Positions 9,281 to 20,547 of a stretch of 64,000 bases of DNA are shown in pieces (positions within the stretch are counted from its first letter, which is position 1; each line of letters starts with the position of its first letter). Source of the stretch: an uncultured Gammaproteobacteria bacterium. Lineage in GTDB: Bacteria; Patescibacteriota; Patescibacteriia; S139-126. The position numbers were made by a program, and so were the translations under genes. The DNA is taken from positions 583,646 to 647,645 of the forward strand of contig CAZUKA010000001.1 of assembly GCA_964620905.1 (NCBI GenBank), read 5' to 3'. The notes below the pieces were generated by a model. It saw nothing but the letters and a program-made list of their open reading frames with translations. It ran no database searches and was not told the origin of the DNA.

Positions 9281-9829
9281 TTGGTTTTTTACAAATTTAA
9301 GTATTTAATCAACCGTATGAATGCATTAGTTCGCAAGCGCGGACGGCAAGCGCTGTTAATTGCTATATTTATTGCTTCAATTTTCACTTTTTTACTTCCT
9401 CAGGCTGAAATATTAGCTGCACCAGCGCCAGTCCTCTTAAGTGAGGAGGGAGAAATTAATCTGCAACCAGCTGCTCATGCCACTGAAATAGTTAATTATC
9501 AATTACCTATCAATGAAATAAAAGTGGCACGGACAAAAAAAGTTACTATCACCGCTTACAACGCTGTACCGGAACAGACTGATAGTACTCCTTGTATAAC
9601 AGCTGATGGCACAGACATTTGTCAAAACAAAAATATCAAAGTAGTGGCCGCCAACTGGTTACCTTTTGGCACCAAAGTAAGGATTCCTGAATATTTCGGT
9701 GATACCATCTTTGAAGTTAGAGACCGTATGAATCCACGTTATAATGATCGCTTAGATATTCTCCTGGAAGATATTGCGGATGCTAAACAGTTTGGCCGCC
9801 GACATCTTACCGTGGAAATATTAAACTAA
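9281..9829 (+). CDS. secreted 3D-domain protein (MltA/YuiC-like)
   Basis: Signal peptide (likely true start at MNALVRKRG...), C-terminal VTITAYNAVPEQTDSTPCITADGTDI...DRMNPRYNDRLDIL resembles 3D (Asp-rich) domain. Confidence 0.5.
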   Translation: MVFYKFKYLINRMNALVRKRGRQALLIAIFIASIFTFLLPQAEILAAPAPVLLSEEGEINLQPAAHATEIVNYQLPINEIKVARTKKVTITAYNAVPEQTDSTPCITADGTDICQNKNIKVVAANWLPFGTKVRIPEYFGDTIFEVRDRMNPRYNDRLDILLEDIADAKQFGRRHLTVEILN

Positions 9830-9930
9830 CAAAAAATCCCGCTACCTGCGGGGTTTTTTGATTGCTTTAAAAATAAAATTTTGTTAACCTATCAATGTTA
9901 ATTAATTTTCTTTATACTTAATACTGTTCC

Positions 9931-10005
9931 GGCCTGGTAGCCAAGTGGTAAGGCAACGGTCTGCAAAACCGTTATACGGGGGTTCAACTCCCCCCCAGGC
10001 CTCCA
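9931..10005 (+). tRNA. tRNA-Cys (anticodon GCA)
   Basis: GGCCTGGTAGCCAAGTGGTAAGGC...anticodon loop CUGCAAA...GGTTCAACTCCCCC...CCA. Confidence 0.85.
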
Positions 10006-10029
10006 AAAATATTAATAACTAATTAAATT

Positions 10030-10626
10030 ATGAAACTATTTAATTGGGAATCAAGACAAAAACAAGCAGCAACTGATAAAAAAGAAATTATTCCTATTCA
10101 TGAAGAGTCAGGGGATATTATTAAGGACCGGGAGGGATTAAGTATTGAACAACAAGATCAAACTATAATCAAAGAGCATTTGGATATTGATGATGAAGAA
10201 TACCGTCTAACTAAAAATGATCCAGAAAAATTAACCTCACTTGAAGATATTCCTGATCAAGAAAGTTGGGAAAATTTTATGATTAATTATCTTGATTGGG
10301 ATGAAACATCTACCGCTGATTTTGACAATAAACCATCTGATGAGAATGAAGAATTAGCTAAAATGGATAAAATTGAAGAACAAAATAATAAATATTATAA
10401 TAACGAATCACAAATTTCCTCGGCTAAACCTCGTCGTCCAAAAGCAGTCAGCCAAATAATCAATAAATATTCAATGCCGAATTATGAGTGGAATAAGCTA
10501 CCACCAGAAGAGAGAGCGCAAATTAAAAACAAGATTCAAACCGAAATTCAGGAACTTTATATCAAGAAACCAAAAAAAATGGTTAGAAAAAATAAATTGG
10601 CCACTGATATAGAAAACGCTGCCTAA
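10030..10626 (+). CDS. acidic low-complexity hypothetical protein
   Basis: 198 aa, D/E/K/N-rich, no motif. Confidence 0.3.
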   Translation: MKLFNWESRQKQAATDKKEIIPIHEESGDIIKDREGLSIEQQDQTIIKEHLDIDDEEYRLTKNDPEKLTSLEDIPDQESWENFMINYLDWDETSTADFDNKPSDENEELAKMDKIEEQNNKYYNNESQISSAKPRRPKAVSQIINKYSMPNYEWNKLPPEERAQIKNKIQTEIQELYIKKPKKMVRKNKLATDIENAA

Positions 10627-10676
10627 TCATTATTAAATCACAACTAAAAATGCTACTATATAAGTAGCATTTTTTT

Positions 10677-11873
10677 ATGACTTACGATGTCGCAATTATT
10701 GGCGGTGGAATTGTAGGACTAGCCACTGCCTTACAACTAAAAAAAATCAGACCGGCTTTGTCTGTATTACTTTTGGAAAAAGAAGCAAAAATTGCCCAAC
10801 ACCAAACCGGCAATAATAGCGGCATTATCCACTCTGGTATTTATTATAAACCAGGTAGTTTAAAAGCAAAAAACTGCCGGTGGGGCTACCAATTGTTACT
10901 TGAATTTTGTAAAGCAAATAATATTAAGTACGAACTGTGTGGTAAACTAATCGTGGCCACAAGAGTTGAAGAGTTGCCGCGACTAGAAGAACTTTATCAA
11001 CGAGGCAAACAAAATGGTTTGGTTGATATTAAAAAAATATCAGCTAGTGAAATAAAAAATTATGAACCTTACGCCACAGGTATTGCTGCCCTGTGGGTTC
11101 CTTACACTGGTATTGTTGATTATAAAGAAGTTTGTCAAAAATACGCTGATATTTTTACCCAACAATATGCTGGCGAAATAAAACTAAACACCAAAGTCAT
11201 CAACATTAAAAAACAGATTGATAACATCACCCTGTTTACCAATCAAGGTGAAATTAATACTAAAATAGTTATCAATACCGCTGGCCTGCAATCAGATGAA
11301 CTAGCAAGTCTAAACCAAAAAATTAATGTTAAAATAATTCCTTTTCGCGGGGAATATTATGAACTGGCTGAAAATAAACGCTCATTAGTAAAAAATCTTA
11401 TTTATCCAGTGCCTGATCCAACTTTCCCTTTCTTAGGTGTTCATTTTACCAGACGAATAAATGGCCAAGTTGAAGCTGGGCCCAATGCGGTCTTAGCTTT
11501 TCGTAAAGAAGGTTATAAAAAAACTGATTGGCACTTAGGTGAACTTTTTTCAGCTTTACTGTGGCCTGGCTTTTTAAAAGTTATGTTTAAATACTGGGCA
11601 ATGGGACTGGGGGAATTTTACCGCAGTTACAATAAATCAGCTTTTACCAAAGCCCTACAACGACTCCTACCAGGTATCACTAAAGAGGATCTTATCCCAG
11701 GTGGAGCAGGTGTCAGAGCCCAAGCCTGTGCTAGAGACGGTAAACTAATTGATGATTTTCTGATCTATGAAGATGACAAAATTATCAATGTTCTAAATAC
11801 TCCCTCCCCCGCGGCCACTGCTTCACTGGCTATTGGTGAAACCATCGCCCAAATGGCAAGCAAAAAAATATAA
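10677..11873 (+). CDS. lhgO: L-2-hydroxyglutarate oxidase/dehydrogenase (FAD-dependent)
   Basis: 398 aa; MTYDVAIIGGGIVGLATALQL (FAD GxGxxG), IYPVPDPTFPFLGVHFTRRINGQVEAGPNAVLAFRKEGY, PGGAGVRAQA..DGKLIDDFLI, NTPSPAATASLAIG collinear with E. coli LhgO. Confidence 0.8.
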   Translation: MTYDVAIIGGGIVGLATALQLKKIRPALSVLLLEKEAKIAQHQTGNNSGIIHSGIYYKPGSLKAKNCRWGYQLLLEFCKANNIKYELCGKLIVATRVEELPRLEELYQRGKQNGLVDIKKISASEIKNYEPYATGIAALWVPYTGIVDYKEVCQKYADIFTQQYAGEIKLNTKVINIKKQIDNITLFTNQGEINTKIVINTAGLQSDELASLNQKINVKIIPFRGEYYELAENKRSLVKNLIYPVPDPTFPFLGVHFTRRINGQVEAGPNAVLAFRKEGYKKTDWHLGELFSALLWPGFLKVMFKYWAMGLGEFYRSYNKSAFTKALQRLLPGITKEDLIPGGAGVRAQACARDGKLIDDFLIYEDDKIINVLNTPSPAATASLAIGETIAQMASKKI

Positions 11874-11923
11874 TTTTCTATCAATAAAATCTCAGAAATG
11901 CTAAGATAAACTTAGTATTTTTT

Positions 11924-14683
11924 ATGCCCAGTAAAAAAGAAAAATTTATAATCGTCGACGGCAACGCCTTGCTACACCGAGCTTTTCACGCTATTCCCCC
12001 ACTTACTACTAAATCTGGTTTAGTCGTCAATGCTGTGTATGGTTTTGTTACTATTCTCATGCGCGTATTAAAAGACATTAAACCAAATTACGCGGCTGTT
12101 ACTTTTGATCTCAAAGCGCCAACCTTTAGACATAAAGTTTATGCTGACTATAAAGCCACCAGAGTTAAACAACCAGATGAACTTTATGCTCAAATACCAC
12201 TGATTAGACAAATTGTTCAGGCTTTTACTATTACAATTTTTGAAAAGTCTGGCTTTGAAGCTGATGATCTAATTGGCACAATCAGTCGTGCGCTTGATAA
12301 TAATAAAAATACTGAGACCTATATTGTTACTGGCGACTATGACACCTTACAATTAGTTGATGACAATACCAAAGTTTATACCCTAAGACGAAGCTTAAGT
12401 GATACCATAATCTATGATACTAAAGAAGTTATCAATAAATATAATGGTCTTAAACCCAATCAACTAATTGATTTTAAAGCCCTGCGAGGTGATCCCTCTG
12501 ACAATATTCCTGGGGTCAAAGGCATTGGCGAAAAAACTGCTATTGAACTTTTACTAGAATTTAATACTTTGGAAAATTTATATAAACAATATCAAACTAG
12601 TAAAAAAGTAAAACCACGTATTAAAGAACTACTCACTACTTATCGTGACGATGCTTTTTTATCAAAACAATTGGGCAGTATCAAGACTGATGTGCCAATA
12701 AAATTTGATCTTGATGAATGTAAATTGTATAGTCCTGATAAAGATAAATTGATCAAACTTTTTCAAGAATTGGAATTCAAATCGCTCTTAGGAAAAATTC
12801 CCGAACTGGAACAAAAATTGAATTTAACGCAGACTAGTTTACAAATCGAAACCGCCAAAAAAAATAAAAAAATATCAACAACAAAATATCATTTAATTGA
12901 CAATGAAAAAAAATTACAAACTCTAATCAATAAATTAAAAAAAGTAAAATTTATTTCTTTGGACACAGAAACTAGTAGTACTAATGCTTTGCAAGCTGAA
13001 CTAGTGGGTATAAGTTTAGCCTGGCAGGCTGGAGAGGCTTATTATCTTGATTATCAAACATTAAAAAATACCAAATCTTTTGAAAAATTTGCCAAAATAA
13101 TAATAAATCAAGTCAATACTATTGGTCATAATATAAAATTTGATTTAACTGCCCTATCACAAGTGCACATCAATGTAAAAAAATTATATTTTGATACTAT
13201 GATTGCTGCTTATCTGTTACGCCCAGGTGAGAGGCGTTTGAAACTTGATAATTTAGTATTTACCGAATTTGGCCATGAGATGATTCCGATTGAATCATTG
13301 TTAGGAAAAAAAGGTAAGGACCAATTGGTTATGTCTAATTTACCAGCTACAAAAATTTGTGACTACGCTTGTGAAGATGCTGATTTTACCTGGCGATTAT
13401 TTAAAAATTTACAACCAGAACTTAGCAAAAATAATTTGGAAAAACTTTTTGAGAAAATAGAAATGCCGTTGATATCGATTTTAGCTACTATGGAAAAAAA
13501 CGGTATTAAAATAGATAAAACATATTTAGCTCAACTAAATAAAAAAGTTTCTGAACAAATTAGTAATTTAGAAAAAAATATTTATAAGCAGGTTGGCGAA
13601 GAGTTCAATATCGCCTCACCCTTACAACTGAAAAAAATTCTTTTTGAAAAACTGGATATTCCAACTGAGGGTTTGAAAAAAATAAAAACTGGCATCTCTA
13701 CAGCTGCTGGAGAATTGGAAAAAATGCGAGGACTTCACCCGGTAATTGATATGATCTCTGATTACCGCGAACTAACCAAACTTCGTTCTACTTATATTGA
13801 AGCTCTGCCAAAATTAATCAATCCCAAAACAGGTAGAGTGCACACCAGTTACAATCAAACCATCACTGCTACTGGCAGATTATCTTCTTCTGATCCCAAC
13901 TTACAAAATATTCCTATTCGAACAATTTTAGGTAAAAAAATACGTGGATCATTTGTAGCAGAAAAAAATCAGGTTTTACTCTCAGCTGATTATTCGCAAA
14001 TAGAACTACGCGTAGTAGCCCATTTATCAGGTGATGCTAATCTTATTCGTGCTTTTCAAGAAGGACAAGATATTCACCGCACTACCGCCGCTTTTATTTT
14101 TGATGTACCTTTAGAAAAAGTAGATAGTGATATGCGCAGAAAAGCCAAAGAAGTAAACTTTGGGGTGCTGTATGGCATGGGTCCATTTGGTTTAGCTGAA
14201 CGGACTGGTATTTCTAGAATGGAAGCTAAACAATTTATTGAACGCTATTTTAAACGTTTCCCTAAAATGAAACAGTTTACTGAAAGCATTATTACTCAAG
14301 TAAAAACTCAAGGTTATGTAGAAACTATGTTTGGTCGCAAGCGTTATTTACCAGATATAAATTCTACTATGGCTCAAGTTAGAAACGCAGCTGAACGAGC
14401 CGCTATCAATCTGCCAGTGCAAGGTACCTCAGCTGACATTATGAAGCTAGCCATGATTGCCGTGTGGAAAAATATTTGCTCTAAAAATTCTGATATAAAA
14501 ATGCTACTGCAAGTTCATGATGAATTGGTATTTGAGGTACCAGCAGGTCAAATTGAATCGGCAGCTGCTTTGATAAAAAAAGAAATGGAAAATGTAGCCA
14601 AACTGTCAGTTCCTTTGGTGGTTGATGTTAAACAAGGAAAAAATTGGTTGGAAATGGAGAAGATAAATTATTCCCCTTCTTAA
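11924..14683 (+). CDS. polA: DNA polymerase I (5'-3' exo, 3'-5' exo and polymerase domains)
   Basis: 919 aa; motif A DYSQIELR, motif B RRKAKEVNFGVLYG, motif C VHDELVFE. Confidence 0.95.
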   Translation: MPSKKEKFIIVDGNALLHRAFHAIPPLTTKSGLVVNAVYGFVTILMRVLKDIKPNYAAVTFDLKAPTFRHKVYADYKATRVKQPDELYAQIPLIRQIVQAFTITIFEKSGFEADDLIGTISRALDNNKNTETYIVTGDYDTLQLVDDNTKVYTLRRSLSDTIIYDTKEVINKYNGLKPNQLIDFKALRGDPSDNIPGVKGIGEKTAIELLLEFNTLENLYKQYQTSKKVKPRIKELLTTYRDDAFLSKQLGSIKTDVPIKFDLDECKLYSPDKDKLIKLFQELEFKSLLGKIPELEQKLNLTQTSLQIETAKKNKKISTTKYHLIDNEKKLQTLINKLKKVKFISLDTETSSTNALQAELVGISLAWQAGEAYYLDYQTLKNTKSFEKFAKIIINQVNTIGHNIKFDLTALSQVHINVKKLYFDTMIAAYLLRPGERRLKLDNLVFTEFGHEMIPIESLLGKKGKDQLVMSNLPATKICDYACEDADFTWRLFKNLQPELSKNNLEKLFEKIEMPLISILATMEKNGIKIDKTYLAQLNKKVSEQISNLEKNIYKQVGEEFNIASPLQLKKILFEKLDIPTEGLKKIKTGISTAAGELEKMRGLHPVIDMISDYRELTKLRSTYIEALPKLINPKTGRVHTSYNQTITATGRLSSSDPNLQNIPIRTILGKKIRGSFVAEKNQVLLSADYSQIELRVVAHLSGDANLIRAFQEGQDIHRTTAAFIFDVPLEKVDSDMRRKAKEVNFGVLYGMGPFGLAERTGISRMEAKQFIERYFKRFPKMKQFTESIITQVKTQGYVETMFGRKRYLPDINSTMAQVRNAAERAAINLPVQGTSADIMKLAMIAVWKNICSKNSDIKMLLQVHDELVFEVPAGQIESAAALIKKEMENVAKLSVPLVVDVKQGKNWLEMEKINYSPS

Positions 14684-14725
14684 TATAAGAGTAATCTAGC
14701 CCCGCTTTGCGGTACTTAGTAAGTT

Positions 14726-14756
14726 AAAAAGAGGTTGTAAACAACCTCTTTTTTGT
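14726..14756. terminator. hairpin GAGGTTG-TAAA-CAACCTC + T-tract between convergent polA and gyrA
   Basis: Perfect 7-bp stem, A-tract before and T-tract after. Confidence 0.6.
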
Positions 14757-14775
14757 TATCCAAATTAATTAAATA

Positions 14776-17256
14776 CTAAACAAACGTCACATTAGCAACG
14801 GTATCACCAGCGACTTTGAAGCGCATAACTCGTACACCTTGAGTAGCTCTACCTAAGACTGACACAGACTTTAGAGGTAATCTTATCACTTGTCCTTTTT
14901 CACTCATCACGATCAAATCCTCTTCGGCTAATTTTGCGTTCACCACAAAAGCCGCTACGGTTTTACCGGTTTTAGTGGTAATTTTGGCAGCTTTCACACC
15001 ACCACCACCTCGGCCTTGGGTTTTAAATTCAGTAACTTTGGTACGCTTGGCAAAACCATTATCCATTACTACCAAGAGTTGTTCTTCTTTTGAAGGTTTG
15101 CCTTCAAAAATAATATCAATACCCACTACCCAATCACCTTTTTTAAGTCTCATTCCCCTTACACCAGCAGCAGATCTGCCCATTGCTCTGACTCCAGATT
15201 CTTTAAACTTGATTGCCTGCCCGTAAGCGCTAACCAAAATAATCTCATCCTTACCACTAGAGGGTTTAACCCATTCTAAATTGTCATCGGCTTTAAGTTT
15301 AATAGCAATCAATCCACTGCGACGAACATTATCAAATTCTTCAAATCTTACTTTCTTAATCAATCCTTTTTTTGTTACCATAACTAAAAATTTATTATCA
15401 TCTCTAATTTCAGACAAGGCAAGAGCTGCAGAAATTTTTTCTTCTGGAGATAATTGTAAAAAATTCACAATTGCCTGCCCTTTACTAGTTCTACTGCCAA
15501 CCGGTACGTCATAGGCTTTGAGTTGAAATACTCGTCCACGGGTAGTAAAAAACAATAAATCGGCATGGGTCATAGTAGTAAATAGGTGTTCGACTACATC
15601 TTCCTCTTTGGTGACCAATCCGATCACTCCTTTGCCACCCCGACTTTGCGTCTTGAAAGTATCAGGTGGCAATCTTTTGATATAACCATCCTTAGTAACA
15701 ACTACCACGGTTGGCTCGTTGGGAATCAAATCTTCCTGAGAAAATTTATCAATTGCATGGGGCACGACTGTAGTTTTGCGTTCATCGCCATATTTTTCTC
15801 GCAAGTCCAACAATTCCTGCTTAGCCACACCCAAAATCTTTTTATCACTTTTCAAAAGTTCGGATAATTCTTTGATCAACTTTCTTTTTTCTTTCAACTC
15901 TTCTTCCACTTTCAACCTTTCCAAATTGGCCAGTTGCTGCAATTTCATCTCCAAAATCGCTATTGACTGACGCTCGGATAATTTAAATTTTTTAATCAAA
16001 TTTATTTTCGCGTCTTCTCGGTCCTTTGATTTTTTGATGGTACTAATTATTTTATCAATATCTTCGAGTGCCATCACTAAACCTTCTAAAATATGAGCTC
16101 TGTCTTTGGCTTTATCCAAATCATACTGCGTACGCCTGACTATCACCTCACGACGGTGTTTAATAAATTCTGCTAAAATATCTTTGAGTGTCAAAACCCG
16201 CGGTTGCAACCCATCAACTAAAGCCAACAAATTGACATGAAAAGCTGATTGCAGTTCTGTGTGTTTATATAACTGGTTTAAAACTTTTTTGGGATAAGCA
16301 TCTTTTTTCAATTCCACCACCACTCTAATTCCTTCTTTGTCTGATTCGTCACGCAAATCTCTGATACCCTCAATTTTTTTATCCCGCACCAATTCAGCAA
16401 TTTTTTCCAAAAGTGTGGCTTTGTTTATTTGATAAGGTAGCTCGGTCACTATGATTTGAAACTGCCCGGATTTTTCTTCAACTATTTCTGTTTTCGCCCG
16501 AATAACAATTCTACCTTTACCAGTAGCATAAGCGGTTTTAATATCTTCTTGATTGAAAATAATCCCCCCAGTAGGAAAATCTGGTCCTTTGATGAAAGTC
16601 AACAAATCATCAACATCAGCTTCGGGATTATCAATCATATGCACAGTAGCATCAATCACTTCGGAAACATTGTGGGTAGGTATGGAGGTAGCCATCCCCA
16701 CGGCAATACCCATGGCTCCATTCAAGAGTAAATTTGGCAATTTAGCTGGCAGTACTTGTGGCTCCTGGTGCGAACCATCATAATTGGGAATAAAATTAAC
16801 TGTATTTTTATCCAAATCGTGGAGCATTTCTTCTGCCAAGGGCATAAGTTTTGCTTCAGTATAACGCATAGCCGCCGCCCCATCACCATCAACTGAACCA
16901 AAGTTTCCTTGACCATTGACCAAGGGATAGCGCATGGCAAAATCTTGTGCCATTCTGACCATGCTATCATACACAGCCGCATCGCCATGAGGGTGATACT
17001 TACCCAAAACTTCACCCACGACGGTGGCGGATTTGCGATATTTGGCATTACTGCGCAGACCAATATCCCACATGGCATACAAAATCCGCCGGTGCACCGG
17101 TTTCATCCCGTCTCTGACATCAGGTAAAGCTCGGGATACAATTACACTCATAGCATAATCCAAATACGACTGCTCCATTTCCTCAACCAAAGGCCTGGGG
17201 TCAATTCTTTGTTTGTTTAATGAATCACTAGTAATTATATTTTTTTTGGGACTCAT
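14776..17256 (-). CDS. gyrA: DNA gyrase subunit A
   Basis: 826 aa; [27 protein letters not shown] (QRDR region, active-site Tyr region), GyrA-box-like QSRGGKG in C-terminal beta-pinwheel. Confidence 0.9.
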   Translation of the reverse strand: MSPKKNIITSDSLNKQRIDPRPLVEEMEQSYLDYAMSVIVSRALPDVRDGMKPVHRRILYAMWDIGLRSNAKYRKSATVVGEVLGKYHPHGDAAVYDSMVRMAQDFAMRYPLVNGQGNFGSVDGDGAAAMRYTEAKLMPLAEEMLHDLDKNTVNFIPNYDGSHQEPQVLPAKLPNLLLNGAMGIAVGMATSIPTHNVSEVIDATVHMIDNPEADVDDLLTFIKGPDFPTGGIIFNQEDIKTAYATGKGRIVIRAKTEIVEEKSGQFQIIVTELPYQINKATLLEKIAELVRDKKIEGIRDLRDESDKEGIRVVVELKKDAYPKKVLNQLYKHTELQSAFHVNLLALVDGLQPRVLTLKDILAEFIKHRREVIVRRTQYDLDKAKDRAHILEGLVMALEDIDKIISTIKKSKDREDAKINLIKKFKLSERQSIAILEMKLQQLANLERLKVEEELKEKRKLIKELSELLKSDKKILGVAKQELLDLREKYGDERKTTVVPHAIDKFSQEDLIPNEPTVVVVTKDGYIKRLPPDTFKTQSRGGKGVIGLVTKEEDVVEHLFTTMTHADLLFFTTRGRVFQLKAYDVPVGSRTSKGQAIVNFLQLSPEEKISAALALSEIRDDNKFLVMVTKKGLIKKVRFEEFDNVRRSGLIAIKLKADDNLEWVKPSSGKDEIILVSAYGQAIKFKESGVRAMGRSAAGVRGMRLKKGDWVVGIDIIFEGKPSKEEQLLVVMDNGFAKRTKVTEFKTQGRGGGGVKAAKITTKTGKTVAAFVVNAKLAEEDLIVMSEKGQVIRLPLKSVSVLGRATQGVRVMRFKVAGDTVANVTFV

Positions 17257-17258
17257 AT

Positions 17259-17651
17259 TTATTCTACTAAATCATTTTCACTTGGTAATTTTTCTATTGT
17301 TTGCTCACTCTCGATTGGTTCAGTGGTGGTAGTTGAAGTCACAGCCACTTCAGATAAACGACTTTTCATTTCGGTAATTATTGCTTCTCGCTTTTTTTCT
17401 TGTTCCAGCAAATCTTCCAATTGCTGCCAATTATTTTGCATCTGATCTCGAAAAATATTAAATTGTACAGCCGCTTCCTGACTACGTTGATTCAATTTAC
17501 CAAACAATCCTTCACTCACCAAATCTGAACGAGTATAACCAAACTTACTAACCCAAACAAACCAAATGATGATTATCACTACTAGACTACCAACCAATAA
17601 ATACGCGAATTTTCTTTTTTTGTCAGAAGTCAGCTGGGGTAAAAACAACAT
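17259..17651 (-). CDS. hypothetical TM + coiled-coil protein (possibly FtsB/DivIC-like)
   Basis: 130 aa; one N-terminal TM then coiled coil; 2 nt after gyrA. Confidence 0.3.
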   Translation of the reverse strand: MLFLPQLTSDKKRKFAYLLVGSLVVIIIIWFVWVSKFGYTRSDLVSEGLFGKLNQRSQEAAVQFNIFRDQMQNNWQQLEDLLEQEKKREAIITEMKSRLSEVAVTSTTTTEPIESEQTIEKLPSENDLVE

Positions 17652-17665
17652 AAAATTGCCAAAAA

Positions 17666-18307
17666 CTACAATTCAATGATAAACATCTTAGTCTCATCAA
17701 TCGGCAAATCTTTTTTGCTTAATCGCAATTTCTCTACTCTCTCGGGTTTACTCAATCCCACGGCTTTAATAAACTCATCAACCTTAATCCCAGTCAATTT
17801 ACTTCCGGCAAAGGCATAATTAATCGGCACAACCACGCGGGGATCAATTTGCTGTACCAACTTAGCTGCTAGTTTAGGAGAAAGACTAGTCTCTCCGCCC
17901 ACTGATAAAAACAGCACATCAACGTTTTCCAAATATTCAAGTTGTTGGTCAGTTAATTCGGTTTGATTGATCTCACCCAAATGAGCAATGCTCATTTCCT
18001 CTGCTTCCAAAACATACATAATTTTACCAGTCACCAGACCTGCTTCATTTTGTTCTGGCAATCCATAAACAAAAACCTGTTTTACTTCATACTCACCCGG
18101 AGCAGTAATCACAAAAGGTTGGCCACCAATATTTAATTTGGCATCCAATTTCCCACTGGTAGTCAGCACCAAATCGGCCTCCATCTTGGGTTGACGCAAT
18201 CCAAAAACTTTCGTTTGGTAGGGGTCAATAAGCAAATTAGAATCACCATTTTGTGGTGACTTTAATTGCATTCTAATAAATGTTTGGCCAAACCATTCAG
18301 CTTGCAT
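17666..18307 (-). CDS. hypothetical protein (degenerate MBL-fold-like)
   Basis: 213 aa; weak resemblance to small metallo-beta-lactamase-fold proteins, HxHxDH motif absent. Confidence 0.25.
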   Translation of the reverse strand: MQAEWFGQTFIRMQLKSPQNGDSNLLIDPYQTKVFGLRQPKMEADLVLTTSGKLDAKLNIGGQPFVITAPGEYEVKQVFVYGLPEQNEAGLVTGKIMYVLEAEEMSIAHLGEINQTELTDQQLEYLENVDVLFLSVGGETSLSPKLAAKLVQQIDPRVVVPINYAFAGSKLTGIKVDEFIKAVGLSKPERVEKLRLSKKDLPIDETKMFIIEL

Positions 18308-18393
18308 AAATATCTTATTTTACTTAATTTTTACCTAAATCCACAAAGTTAATTTTACCAATTTAACCCACAAAAATCAACCTCAACCTAGCC

Positions 18394-19050
18394 CTAAATT
18401 GGTAATTCCGGCAGTTTTTTTGCTTCCTCTTTTACCTTATCAATATCAACTTCCGACTCCGATGAAGTCAATGTTTCTGACTTCTTCTTTTTATCCAGTG
18501 CTTCAGTAATGTTGGCTGATTTACCCAAGTCAGCATGTTGCCAATCAGTTCTCTTTCTTTCGGCCAATTTTTCCTTGGCCCTAATCACCCTCCATGCGGC
18601 TGGCGTTAGATCATCATTACTTTTATCTACCCGTTCTGCCATAATTGATTTTTTTATTTTCTCTCGCCAACTTCCCGGTTTTTCCCGACCAACTAACTGG
18701 TGTATCATTTTATCAGCTGCTTCTTGTTTCCTTTCTCTTTCTCTTACTTTTTTTATATTTTCTTTTTTTATTCTTTCCTGATACTCACCATATTCCTTTT
18801 CTTTTTGTTGGACATACTCCTGCCATTTTTCCGAAATATCAGGCTCATGATCAGCCATTACTTTTTTGAACTGACTGGCAGTTAATAATTTATTGCCGCT
18901 CAAAGCAGCACCGCCTAATTTTTGTTTTAACTCTTTTATCTCCCGCTTATTCAATTTTAAATACGACCGCAAAAAATCCTCTTGCTGTGTGCGACCAAGT
19001 TTCAACTGATTCAACTTATAAATCGGTTTTTTACCTGTATACCAACCCAT
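18394..19050 (-). CDS. highly charged K/E-rich hypothetical protein
   Basis: 218 aa, low complexity. Confidence 0.3.
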   Translation of the reverse strand: MGWYTGKKPIYKLNQLKLGRTQQEDFLRSYLKLNKREIKELKQKLGGAALSGNKLLTASQFKKVMADHEPDISEKWQEYVQQKEKEYGEYQERIKKENIKKVRERERKQEAADKMIHQLVGREKPGSWREKIKKSIMAERVDKSNDDLTPAAWRVIRAKEKLAERKRTDWQHADLGKSANITEALDKKKKSETLTSSESEVDIDKVKEEAKKLPELPI

Positions 19051-19280
19051 AGGATACTAATGATTAATAACTAATTACTAATTATATAATTACAAAATTA
19101 AATCATTCATTAGTAATTAATAATTAGTAATTTATAATTTATACTATCATTATAACTCAAAAAGACCTAACCTTGCCAAAAATCAAGGATTAATATAAAG
19201 TAATGAGGTTATTCCTATCGTTTAATCAAGCCTGTGATAGGCAGGGCCTTTTTAGTCAAAAGGTTAAAACTAATAATTAA

Positions 19281-20498
19281 ATGACCAAAAAAACAACTAC
19301 CACTGAGGCCACAACTAACAATAGTAAAATGGCCGAACTGATGGAAGAGATTAAAAATCAAAAATTTCCCAAAGTGGGTGAACTTATCAAAGGTACGGTA
19401 ATCAATGTCAGTAAAAATGAAGTATTACTTGATATCAATGGCCTAACTACCGGACTAGTCCGAGGCAAAGAATTGGAAGATGAATCTGGCGAACATACCG
19501 AGTTGAAAGTTGGCGACCAAGCCTATGCTACTGTTTTAGAATCAGAAAATGAACGTGGGATTTTGGAATTATCTTTCCGCCAGGCTGGACACCAAAAAGC
19601 CTGGGAAAACCTAGAAGAATTAAAACAAAAAGGTAATATTATCAAAACCAAAATATTTGATGCCAACAAAGGTGGTTTGATGTGCAAAGTTGGAGGAGTA
19701 ATGGGTTTTATGCCTGTATCACAACTTACTACCGAACACTATCCACGCGTGGAAGGTGGGGATAAAAATAAAATTTTGGAAATATTGAAAAGTTATATCA
19801 ACCAGGACTTTGATGCCAAAATTATTGATGTTGATGAAAAAGAAAATAAATTGATTGTCTCCGAACGGGCAGCTTGGGAAGAACAGCAAAAAGAAACTAT
19901 TGGCAAATACCAAATCGGTCAGGTAGTCAAAGGTAAAATTACGGGCGTAGTAGATTTTGGTGCATTTATAGAGTTTGATGACAACATGGAAGGACTAGTG
20001 CACATCTCCGAAATTGCCTGGCAACGAATTGATAATCCGCGCGATTATATAAAAGTGGGCGAAGAAGTGCAGGCCAAAATTATTGAAATTGACGGATCAA
20101 AAATTTCCCTGTCTATCAAATCTCTGCATGAAGATCCTTGGAAAGAAGTCGTAAAAAAATATACCATTGGTCAAACCGTTAGCGGTAAAGTTTTAAAAAC
20201 AAGCGATTTTGGCGCTTTTGTAGAACTTGATAAAGATATACACGGACTAGCTCATATTAGCGAACTGGCTGATTTCCCAATCAAAAACGCTGGCGAGGTA
20301 CTAAAAATTGGTGAGACTTATGAATTCAAAATTGTCTCTATTGAACCAGATGAACATCGTTTGGGACTGTCTTTAAAAGCTTTGAAACAAAAAAACAGTC
20401 CGATCGCTACCGAACCAAAAACTAAAAAATTGACTAAAAATAAAACCGAGGAAACCGAGACTAAAAAATCAGACCCAGCAAAAAAACCAAATAAATAA
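19281..20498 (+). CDS. rpsA: 30S ribosomal protein S1 (four S1 domains)
   Basis: 405 aa; repeated S1 OB-fold units (GELIKGTVINV..., GQVVKGKITGVVDFGAFIEF..., GQTVSGKVLKTSDFGAFVEL...). Confidence 0.85.
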   Translation: MTKKTTTTEATTNNSKMAELMEEIKNQKFPKVGELIKGTVINVSKNEVLLDINGLTTGLVRGKELEDESGEHTELKVGDQAYATVLESENERGILELSFRQAGHQKAWENLEELKQKGNIIKTKIFDANKGGLMCKVGGVMGFMPVSQLTTEHYPRVEGGDKNKILEILKSYINQDFDAKIIDVDEKENKLIVSERAAWEEQQKETIGKYQIGQVVKGKITGVVDFGAFIEFDDNMEGLVHISEIAWQRIDNPRDYIKVGEEVQAKIIEIDGSKISLSIKSLHEDPWKEVVKKYTIGQTVSGKVLKTSDFGAFVELDKDIHGLAHISELADFPIKNAGEVLKIGETYEFKIVSIEPDEHRLGLSLKALKQKNSPIATEPKTKKLTKNKTEETETKKSDPAKKPNK

Positions 20499-20503
20499 AT
20501 ACA

Positions 20504-20536
20504 CACCCCGCCAAATTGGCGGGGTGGTATTTTAAT
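20504..20536. terminator. hairpin CCCCGCCAAATTGGCGGGG + T-tract (bidirectional)
   Basis: GC-rich palindrome between rpsA and convergent SpoIID gene. Confidence 0.6.
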
Positions 20537-20547
20537 TATTATTACAA

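Noticed and set aside
14975-17127. Several 60-120-aa ORFs on the plus strand inside gyrA
   Set aside because: Antisense to a highly confident 826-aa GyrA reading frame. No RBS. Compositionally biased.
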